From the IMG/VR virus record IMGVR_UViG_3300020409_000068, positions 1 to 25,941 of that record: a DNA stretch of 25,941 nt, one strand, 5' to 3'. The notes under the pieces were generated by a model, which had not been told where the DNA came from, made no database searches, and saw nothing but the letters and a program-made list of their open reading frames with translations. This stretch comes from a virus. Its lineage: Duplodnaviria; Caudoviricetes. Below are positions 1 through 9,400 of the stretch, piece after piece (within the stretch, counting starts at the first letter, position 1; each line of letters starts with the position of its first letter). Made by a program: the position numbers and the translations under genes.

Positions 1-591
1 TTCGACCTTGTTCAGAACGGATCTAGTATTCAGATCTCACAAGATTATTCATCAATGGTTAACTTTGCAAGATGCAAGTGCCTTGGTGCAAACGTATTAA
101 GAGGCCCAGACCAGATTCCTTGGGATGGCAAATTAAAGTATGACTATCAACTATGGATTGACTCTGATATTGTATTCGATACAGAGAAGTTCTATCGTTT
201 AGTATGGATGCAAAAGGACATTGCTGGTGGTTGGTACTGCACAGAGGATGGAAAAACCACATCTGTTGCACATTGGTTAGAAGAAGAGGACTTTGCTAAG
301 AATGGTGGAGTGATGAATCACGAAACTATCGAATCAATCTCTCGTAGACGCAAGCCTTTCACTGTTGACTACACTGGATTTGGTTGGTTACTCATTAAAA
401 ACGGTGTATTCGAGCATAAAGAGATGAAGTATCCTTGGTTTGCTCCTAAAATGCAAGTCTTTGAGTCTGGAGATGTACAAGATATGTGTGGAGAAGACGT
501 ATCTTTCTGTTTAGACGCTAAAGAAGCGGGTATGGAAATTTGGATTGATCCAAAAATCCGTGTTGGTCACGAAAAAACGAGGATTATCTAA
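1..591 (+). CDS. GT-A fold (GT2-like) glycosyltransferase-like protein, 5'-truncated by the window edge
   Basis: Frame 1 is open from base 1 (FDLVQNGSSIQISQDYSS-MVNFARC...), so the track start at 55 is internal. Motifs are WIDSDIVF (DxD), TGFGWLLIK, GEDVSFC and VGHEK, typical of phage GT-A-type proteins. Stop TAA at 589-591. Confidence 0.75.
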   Translation, partial: FDLVQNGSSIQISQDYSSMVNFARCKCLGANVLRGPDQIPWDGKLKYDYQLWIDSDIVFDTEKFYRLVWMQKDIAGGWYCTEDGKTTSVAHWLEEEDFAKNGGVMNHETIESISRRRKPFTVDYTGFGWLLIKNGVFEHKEMKYPWFAPKMQVFESGDVQDMCGEDVSFCLDAKEAGMEIWIDPKIRVGHEKTRII

Positions 592-755
592 TGGAAGTTA
601 AGTACAAAGTCGTAGAATTAGGCACATCGGGATGGTGTGTCAACGATCCGAAGCAAGATGTAGGTCTTAATAAGGAACAAGCTAGGGAAAGATTAAACTT
701 TTACATGAATGAGGGTATATCCCCAGACAGATTAAGAGCTCAAATCGATAAATAA
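591..755 (+). CDS. Small hypothetical protein, 54 aa (MEVKYKVVELGTSGWCVNDPKQDVGLNKEQARERLNFYMNEGISPDRLRAQIDK)
   Basis: Translated by hand. ATG overlaps the upstream stop (TAATG, 589-593). The pattern Y-x-V-x-E-L-x-T-x-GW ... L-x-KEQ ... EG-x-x-P-x-RLR resembles a small cyanobacterial/cyanophage conserved hypothetical (from memory). Confidence 0.8.
   Translation: MEVKYKVVELGTSGWCVNDPKQDVGLNKEQARERLNFYMNEGISPDRLRAQIDK
747..754 (+). promoter_or_regulatory. Putative T4-type late promoter (GATAAATA)
   Basis: One mismatch to TATAAATA, ~20 nt upstream of ATG 774. The 16-mer ATAAATAAAAAGAAAA (748-763) is identical to the one at the canonical promoter (12453-12468). Confidence 0.65.
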
Positions 756-773
756 AAAGAAAATGGTCAAAAA

Positions 774-929
774 ATGGCAGATTCAGATCCAAGATTAGCT
801 CCCCATAACGTAGAAAGTGCTGGTTTTAAGAGTGGCGAGGTAAAGGGACAGTATGATGTGAGCGCTCAAGCACGCAAAAAGGCTGCCGCTAACAGTAATT
901 CTGGTCAATCTCCACTTGCTGCTGGATAA
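774..929 (+). CDS. Small hypothetical protein, 51 aa (MADSDPRLAPHNVESAGFKSGEVKGQYDVSAQARKKAAANSNSGQSPLAAG)
   Basis: Translated by hand. It lies between a late-promoter motif and an intrinsic terminator, and its codon use matches the neighbours. Confidence 0.7.
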   Translation: MADSDPRLAPHNVESAGFKSGEVKGQYDVSAQARKKAAANSNSGQSPLAAG

Positions 930-948
930 AAACCACAAAAAAACATTC

Positions 949-985
949 AAAGACCTTGAGGTGATTCACCAAAAGGTCTTTTTTT
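949..985 (+). terminator. Rho-independent terminator
   Basis: Outer stem AAAGACCTT (949-957) / AAGGTCTTT (973-981) and inner stem GGTG-ATT-CACC (960-970). A T7 run (979-985) overlaps the end of the 3' arm. It starts 20 nt after the stop at 929. Confidence 0.8.
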
Positions 986-988
986 GTG

Positions 989-996
989 TCTAAATA
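989..996 (+). promoter_or_regulatory. Putative late promoter (TCTAAATA) for the gp25-gp6-gp7 unit
   Basis: One mismatch to TATAAATA. It directly follows the terminator and lies ~26 nt upstream of ATG 1023. The same CTAAATA core precedes gp8. Confidence 0.65.
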
Positions 997-1022
997 GATT
1001 TGAATTAGTATATTTGCTCATA

Positions 1023-1160
1023 ATGAAGTTAAAAAATACGCCATTTGGCGGTTTTAAAGATGGTTTTATCGAAAAACCAGAAGATGATGAGAAAATTTTG
1101 CGTGAAGTTGTTGGTGATGACGCTAATGATGAGAAAAGAAAACAAAATTTAAGTGAATAA
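1023..1160 (+). CDS. Small charged hypothetical protein, 45 aa (MKLKNTPFGGFKDGFIEKPEDDEKILREVVGDDANDEKRKQNLSE)
   Basis: Translated by hand. Its stop overlaps the gp25 start (TAATG, 1158-1162), and it follows a late-promoter motif. Confidence 0.7.
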   Translation: MKLKNTPFGGFKDGFIEKPEDDEKILREVVGDDANDEKRKQNLSE

Positions 1161-1576
1161 TGGCAAAAGTAGATCGTAAACTTGTCAATAAAACTCCTTT
1201 CAAAGATATCAGTTTGTCTTTTAGTCGCCATCCTGTGACAGATGACATTGGTGTCTTTGTAAATGAGGATGCAATTAAGCGATCTGTAACTAATTTGGTA
1301 AGAACAAGAGTCGGTGAAAGATTTTATCAGAAATTATTGGGTAGTCCTCTTGAGGATTCCCTATTTGAGCAACAAGATAGCGACACTGCCGCGGTTTTGG
1401 AAGACGATATACTGCTTTTACTTGAAAACTACGAACCTAGAATCAAAAATGTTGACGTAGTTTGCTCATATGACTTGGAATCAACTGATATGAACGTCAG
1501 AATTTCTTACATTATTGCTGGATTGCAGTTTCCTCAACAAAATATAGAATTTATTCTTCAATCAACTAGAGTATAA
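1160..1576 (+). CDS. gp25: Baseplate wedge subunit, T4 gp25-like (GPW/gp25 family)
   Basis: 138 aa with FKDISLSF..HPVT.DI, AIKRSV.NLV.TR.GERF, LG S.L...LFE and YEPRI. It sits directly before gp6 with a TAATG overlap. Confidence 0.93.
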   Translation: MAKVDRKLVNKTPFKDISLSFSRHPVTDDIGVFVNEDAIKRSVTNLVRTRVGERFYQKLLGSPLEDSLFEQQDSDTAAVLEDDILLLLENYEPRIKNVDVVCSYDLESTDMNVRISYIIAGLQFPQQNIEFILQSTRV

Positions 1577-3450
1577 TGTCATTTAACCAGTTTACAAACT
1601 TAGATTTCGCTGATCTAAGAAACCAAATTAAAGATTACCTCAGAGTAAACAGTGATTTTGCTGATTTTGACTTTGAAGGATCTAACTTTTCTACTCTAAT
1701 TGATCTTTTAGCGTACAATAGTTACATTACTGCTTACAATACCAACATGGCAGTCAATGAGTGCTTCCTTGACAGTGCTACATTGCGTGAAAATGTGGTT
1801 TCTCTTGCTAGAAACATTGGTTACGTTCCCAGATCGACAAGATCTGCTCAAGCTATTGTTGATTTTAGTGTAGACTTAGGTGATAATGACACAAAAATTG
1901 TAACTTTGAAGGCTGGACAGGTTGCCGTTGGTAATCAAACAGGAAGTAACTACATTTTTTCTATTCCAGATGACTTTGTTGCAACAACTGGAGCAAATAA
2001 TTTTGCAAATTTCAGTAGATTGAAAATTTATGAAGGAATTTACCTCCAAAAGCAATTCCAAATTGATTATTCTCAACCAAATCAGAGATTTATTCTTCCA
2101 AATGCGAATGTTGACACAACTTCTATCCGTGTTACGATTTCTTCCACCACAAATGAGACTTATACGCTCTACAATAACATTTTGAAGGTGGATTCGACCT
2201 CTAAATTGTTCCTAATTCAAGAAATTGAAGATGAACAATACGAAATTTTGTTTGGTGATGGAATTATTGGTAAAAAACCGCCAGCTGGGGGAGTAATTAC
2301 TGTAACTTATATTGTAACTAACGGAAAATTGGGAAATGGAGCTAAAAATTTCTCATTTGTTGGTATTTTGAAAGATGATACTGATAGAACAATCACTGAC
2401 GGCATCTCAATCCTCACAACTCAGCAAAAAGCTGATATGGGCGATAATATTGAAGATGTTAGTTCGATCAAATATCTAGCACCTCGTATATACTCGTCAC
2501 AATACCGTGCAGTGACCGCCAATGACTACACAGGTATAATTCCATTCGTATATCCTAACGTTGAATCAGTGACCGCCTATGGTGGAGAAGAGTTAGATCC
2601 ACCTGAGTATGGAAAAGTCTTTATTTCGATAAAACCGAAGAATGGTTCTTTCCTTTCACAAATCACAAAGGACGATATCTCTAGGCAACTTAAACAATAT
2701 TCAATTGCTGGTATCAAACCAGAAATTATTGACTTAAAATACTTGTATGTAGAATTAGATACTTCTGTTTACTATAATACAAACGCAACATCAGATGCCA
2801 CTGAATTACTTAGTTCTGTTACTAGAACATTGACAACATATTCTAACTCATCCGATATTAATGCTTTTGGTGGTAGATTTAAGTATAGTAAAATTGTAGG
2901 ATTGATTGATGACTCTGCTAGAGGTGTTACTTCCAACATAACAAGAGTAAAAATGAGAAGAGATATCACTCCTGAGTTAAATACTTTTGCAACTTATGAA
3001 CTTTGCTACGGAAATGCCTTTTACGAACAGCCAAATGGATACGGCGTACGATCTAGTGGATTTACAGTCAGTGGCATTGACGGAGTTTTATATTTGGGCG
3101 ATATTCCTACTTCTGGGACAACTGTTGGAAAATTAGTATTCTTCAAACTTGTAAACAATATCCCACTAATCGTTAAGAATGATGCTGGAACTGTAGATTA
3201 CCTTCACGGCGAGATTAATTTGGATGTGGTAAATATAACAGGTGCAATGTTGGAAAGTGGACTTATTGAAGTTGAAGCAATACCCGATTCCAACGACATC
3301 ATCGCTCTGAAAGATTTGTATTTACAATTAGATGTTTCAAACAGCACAGTTAATGCTTTACCTGATGTTGTTTCCTCTGGAGAAAATACATCTGCAACAT
3401 CATACGTCACAACTTCTAGTTACGCTAGCGAATCAATCTATACAAGATAA
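1576..3450 (+). CDS. gp6: Baseplate wedge subunit, T4 gp6-like
   Basis: 624 aa with LDF..L...IK.YL...SDF.DFDFEGSN.S.LIDLLAYN, FLDSATLRENVVSLARNIGYVPRS, FGDGIIGKKP, QYRAVTANDY and PPEYGKVFISIKP. Confidence 0.95.
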   Translation: MSFNQFTNLDFADLRNQIKDYLRVNSDFADFDFEGSNFSTLIDLLAYNSYITAYNTNMAVNECFLDSATLRENVVSLARNIGYVPRSTRSAQAIVDFSVDLGDNDTKIVTLKAGQVAVGNQTGSNYIFSIPDDFVATTGANNFANFSRLKIYEGIYLQKQFQIDYSQPNQRFILPNANVDTTSIRVTISSTTNETYTLYNNILKVDSTSKLFLIQEIEDEQYEILFGDGIIGKKPPAGGVITVTYIVTNGKLGNGAKNFSFVGILKDDTDRTITDGISILTTQQKADMGDNIEDVSSIKYLAPRIYSSQYRAVTANDYTGIIPFVYPNVESVTAYGGEELDPPEYGKVFISIKPKNGSFLSQITKDDISRQLKQYSIAGIKPEIIDLKYLYVELDTSVYYNTNATSDATELLSSVTRTLTTYSNSSDINAFGGRFKYSKIVGLIDDSARGVTSNITRVKMRRDITPELNTFATYELCYGNAFYEQPNGYGVRSSGFTVSGIDGVLYLGDIPTSGTTVGKLVFFKLVNNIPLIVKNDAGTVDYLHGEINLDVVNITGAMLESGLIEVEAIPDSNDIIALKDLYLQLDVSNSTVNALPDVVSSGENTSATSYVTTSSYASESIYTR

Positions 3451-6400
3451 ATGACCGATATCAAAAGAGTCAAAATCTCTCATGTGATAGAATCACAGAT
3501 TCCTGAATTTCTCGTTCAGGAATCTCCTTTATTTGTCAAGTTTTTAGATCAGTATTATCAGTCTCAGGAACATCAATCTGGTTTGGCTGACTTGGCTAAC
3601 AATTTACCTGAGTATAGAAAGATAGGTGCTTTCAATAATGAGAGTTTAGTGCCTTCTACAACTCTTACATTGAATGCTTATGCTGGTGACACCTCAATAT
3701 CAGTAACATCTACCACTGGTTGGCCAGATACTTACGGTTTATTGAAGATAGACAATGAGATTATCACATATACATCTAAAACCTCTACAGAGTTTCTTGG
3801 ATGTGCTAGAGGATTCAGTGGCATCGATCAGATATCAAGAGAAGATGCTGCAGAGTATCTTAACTTTGCAGACACTGAAGCTGAAGTTCATTTAACTGGT
3901 GCAACAGTAATAAATTTAAGTAATCTGTTTCTACAGACTTTCTTTACTAAATTTAAAACAGAATTTCTTCCTGGCTTTGAAAATAGAAATTTTGTAAGTG
4001 GTACATCTGTTACCAACATACTTACAAGAGCAAAAGACTTCTATATGTCAAAGGGAACTGACTCTTCATATCAGATTCTCTTCAAATTATTGTATGGTGA
4101 GGATATTGAGATTCTCAAACCAATCGAGAATACGATTGTACCCTCAGATAACGTATATTTCAAAACTAAACACGTTCTTGTTGAAAATTTGTTTGGCGGA
4201 CAACCATTAGAGACTGTAGGTAACTTCTTATATCAAGATATTGCTGGAATTGGAACTGCAAGTGCTTCAATTTACAATGTAGAGTATCGACCAATCAATC
4301 AAACTGATTTTTACGAGATATCACTTGACTCAACATCATTTGATGGGTCATTTCAAGTGCCTGGTAAAACTAAAGCTCTAGAAGAGACACCAACAACCGC
4401 TGAGACTCTAGTTGTTGACTCTACAGTAGGATTTGGACAAAGTGGTACTCTTTTAGTTAAGCCAAGAGTTGGTGAAAACTTTATAACACTAAGATATACT
4501 GATAAAACGATAAATCAGTTCTTAGGAGTTACTGGTATTACGACTTCTCTAGTTTTTGGTGCAGATATACTTGAAAATAAGTTAGCATACGCATATGCTG
4601 GATTTGGGCAAACATCTTTACTCCAATTCAGACTTGTAAACGTAATTGATGAAGTAGATACAAGTAAATCTACAAATATGCAAATTGGGGACAATCTCAA
4701 GTTGCTTTCTTTCGGTAAAGACTTAGGAGATAATCCAAAATTCAATAATTGGATATACAACATCCCATCAAGTCATGATATTTCAAATGTTAGTCAAGTA
4801 AACGTCAATACTTACAGAATTAACATATTTGACTCTTGTGTTTTCTATATTGACGAAATTTTAATTGTAAAAAATGATAATGGCGATTCATCTGAAATAA
4901 GGGTCAAAGAAATTGAATATGCGTCAACAAACGTAGAACAAATTTATTCAAATACCATAGTTGTTCAAGCAACTGGTGGTATTCCTGTAAATGCGTCTGT
5001 AATTACTAAAACTGTTACTAAAGCATCTCATAACTCTAATTACTTTACAGAAGTTTCTAATTTTCCTGTTGGTATTCAGAATAGTTACTTAGACAAGAAT
5101 GAAGAGTTCTTCTATGTCACTTCAGCTGGTCTACCTAACTATCCTATCTTTGCCACAGATAATAAGGTCTTTATAAAGACAAGCACAGTGGAAGCCACAG
5201 GGTCTGACGGCACTCCTCTCTTTGGTGGTGGGTTTACTTACACTATTCAGTCTTTTGACTCCACCAACGTCACTCTGGCGTCGCCACCACCTCTTCCACA
5301 TAACTATGTAACTGGTGATAAGATTTATTGGGACAATACAACAAATAGTGGAATCAACACTGGTGTCTACTTTGTAACTGCAATCAACCAAACTGAATTT
5401 TATCTATCATTCAGTGGTGCTGACGTATTTGCTCAAAAGTATATTGCTGTAAGAACTGGAACCTCTGGACAATTCATATACAAATCTGGATGGGAAAATA
5501 AAACACTAAAGAATCAAAAGATAATTAGGAAATATCCATTTAATAGAACTTCTAATTTATTTGATGATCCTAATAAGAGAAGGATAAACAATAGACCAAT
5601 AGGTCTAATGGCTAATGGTGTGGAATTGTTTCCTCCTACAGTTTTTGATGAACAGATATTTCATGGTAACATTACTGAAATAAAAGTAACTAATCCAGGC
5701 ACAGATTATGATGTAATATCAGGCCCTCCTGTGGTTATCAATGATGCTCAAGGAACTGGTGCAATTGCTCATGCCAACATAGTAGGATCTTTTAAAGAAA
5801 TTAAATTAGTAACGCCTGGTATTGGATATCAAGAAAAGCCAAAGATTACTGTAGAAGGTGGTAATGGATCTGGTGCTGTTTTAGAATCTAATCTTGTTAG
5901 AGGCGCTATTGTTGCTAACTTTAAAGCAGATGGATCTTCTGTTAATACTACTGCTGAAACTGTCACCTTCCAAGAGAGACATAATTTTGAAGTAGGTGAA
6001 GGTATAGTTTACGATGCTAGAGGAAATACTCCTATCGTCAACGTTGTTAGTGGATCTACTTACTATGCCAGTGTCGTAGATGAAAAGACAATAAAATTAC
6101 ACAATACACCAGAGGATGCAAAAACAGGTATCAATACCGTTAATATTGGAAACATAAGTTTTGGTTTCCATAAGTTTACTTCTTTGGAAGCAAAAAATAC
6201 AATTACAAAAATCTATGTAAAAGAATCTGGTTCTGGATATTCAAATAGAAAAGTAATTGTTCCAGCAAGACCTGTAAATGGAGATGTTCAATCTGGTATA
6301 AGCACATCTGATGATTATATTCTTGCATATGATCACCATTTCCAAAATGGTGAAATTGTTGAATACTCTTCAACAGGAACAGTGGCAAGTGGATTGTCTA

Positions 6401-9400
6401 CAACAACTCAGTACGCTGTAAAAGTTATTGACACTAACAAATTCAAGTTATGTGATGTTGGTGTTTCAACACAGAGAAATCTTACGAATTATAACAAAAA
6501 TAAAACCGCTGTAATTCGCAGTTTGGGTAGTGGTAAACATACTATAAAGTATCCACCTATAGTGGTAAAGATTGAAAGTTTATCTGCTATTGGTAGCACA
6601 ACGGTAATACAACCTGAGATAGACCCACTGGTTCTAGGATCAGTTGACAACGTATATCTTGAGGAAGGTGGTATTGGATATGGCTGTACTAACATCATGG
6701 ACTTTCACAGAAGACCCAATGTTGGTATATCAACTATTGTATTCCAAGCTTTACTAAAACCAATTATTGTTGGCGGATCTATCGTAGATGTTCAAATTCT
6801 TGCTTCTGGTCAAGGTTATAGAGAAGACTCTGACATCAACATATACAGTCCTACAGGAAGCTTTGCTGATATAAGACCAATTATTACCAACAATAGAATA
6901 ACAGGTGTTCAGATCCTTGATGGTGGTGTTGGATATAGAAGTAGTGATACAACTCTAGATTTAAGAAACAGAGGTAAGTCTGCTAAGTTCATTGCTAACA
7001 TAAAAGAGTGGAAAATCAACCAAGTTCAGAAAAATGAAAATATCATTAGTGATGAAGATTCTATATTAACTAAACCAAGTACAAATCCAGAATATCAATT
7101 ACAAACTATAGGGATGTATCCTCCACAAAAGTTGAGATATCAACTTGGAGATAACATTGATTCTGGTAACTTAGAAACACCTAATGCTTTCCACTCTCCA
7201 ATATTGGGATTTGCTTATGATGGTAATCCAATCTATGGCCCATATGGTTATCAAAATCCAGACGGAGGTGCTATCAGAAGATTGCAGTCAGGGTATATTC
7301 TTAATACTGCGATACTATCGGGTATAAGACCTCCTGGCTTTGCTTTTGGATACTTTGTTAATGATTACATCTTTGACAACTCTGGCGACCTAGACGAGTT
7401 CGGTGGTAGATATTGTGTCACCCCACAGTTCCCTGATGGAACATATGCTTACTTCTACAGTGTTGATATTGATTCTAGTGGTGTTGCTAAACCAAAATAC
7501 CCATATCTACTTGGAAGTAAATTTAAAGATACTCCTATAGAGGAAAACTTTGTAACTTTCTTCAACCAAGACATTGATATTATTTCTAGAAATCTTACTA
7601 GAAACATATCGCCATACTATCTAACATTTGGTAATTCTAATTATGAACTTATAGATGATGTTAGAGATGCACTGAAACAAGAGTTTGAAATTACAAAAAC
7701 TAGAAGTGCTGGTATTACATCTGTTACTGTATTTGCTAAAGGTGATGGCTATAAGATAGATGACACTCTATCTTTGGATAATACTGGAACTAACGGATCA
7801 GGTACAAATATTGTAGTAAGTGAAATACTAGGAAAGCAAGTTGACACTGTAGAAATAGGTGTATCAACATTTGTCAATACTACACTTAGATTAAACAAAA
7901 AAGAAATTATAGGTGTTACGACAGAGCCACACGATATCATTGATGGTGAAACTGTACTAATAAGTGGTATAAACACATCTCAGTTCACTGAGTTTAATGG
8001 TACAAAAAAAGTTTCTGTTGTAAGTAGATCTGTAGGTTTAACAACATTCTTAGATAACGTAACTAACACAGGTGTAAGCACCTCAATCTTTGTTACTGAT
8101 ACAACTGGGTTTGCTCCTAGTGACACAATAGGTATTGGAACTGAAAAATTCATTGTTACTGGAGTAGACGAACAGTTCTCTAGATTATTTGTAAATAGGG
8201 AAAACTTTGTTGGTGCTGCTATGACTCATGCAGCTGGAACTAACAATGTTATACTGAAACCCAATAAGTTCTCTTTCCCTGTTGGCAATTCAACTGTAAC
8301 TAGATTTACATTTGAAAATTATATCACTTACTTCAATCCACAACAAACAGTCGGTGTTGGATCTACAGGAACTCACTATACGTTGCCACTTACAGGTTTA
8401 AGTACAGTACAAACCATAGAAAACAGATTTGTACCACAACAAAGAATCTACATCAAAAATCATAAGTTCTTTACTGGTCAAAAACTTGTTTATAACATGG
8501 GTATTGGTGGAACATCTCTTGTTTGGGCAAAAGTCGCTGCTGGTGCAACATCTGGTGTTGGAACTGAAGTTTTGCCTGATGGAGATGTCTATGCGATTAA
8601 TTTTGAACAAGATTATATTGGTATAGCAACTCTAGGATTCCCTACAACTGGTGATGCTGTGTGGTTCTACAATGTTGCATCTAATTCTGGATTTGCACAT
8701 TCTCTTGCAACTACTTTTGAGAAAGTAAATTCTAAAGTTGAGAAATTCTTTGGAAAAGTAGGAGTTGCATCGGATCATGGACTAGAAACTGGAGATATAA
8801 TAAGAATAGACGCTTTACCTAAAGATACTGAATCCACAATCATTAGATATGACCCAGTTCTTGCTAAAGTAACTACAAAACGAGTAGGATTCACATATAC
8901 AAGTTTTTCTGCTGATCTAACTGAAATAAACATCAATGATCATGATTTACAGAGCGGCGATAAGGTTGTTTACTATGATAATGGAAATACAATCGATGGA
9001 TTGATCAATAATGAGACATATTTTGTTCTTAGAGAAAATACCGACTTTATAAAACTGTGTAAGTACAAATCTGATGTATTTGACTCTAATCCAATTTCTA
9101 TATCAACAGTAACGACATCGAGTGCTAACAATTTAAGTTTCCTTGCTAAGATTAATCCAGCACTTACCTTCACTACTGGTAATACTGTCACATTTGATGT
9201 TTCTGATCAAAGTTTGCTTGACATGAGATTAGACTTCTTTAGTGACATTAATTTTAATAATAAACTAGATGTTAATGGTACAGAAGCAACAGGATTTAAC
9301 ATTACTAGATCTGGAATCTCTGGAAACGTTGATGCTACAGTTACTATCAAGACAGATACTGATTGGCCAAGTAAAACCTTCTATAATCTTACACCTGTAG

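Noticed and set aside
55-57. ATG 55 as the start of the first gene
   Set aside because: The frame is open and protein-like from base 1, so the real start lies upstream of the window.
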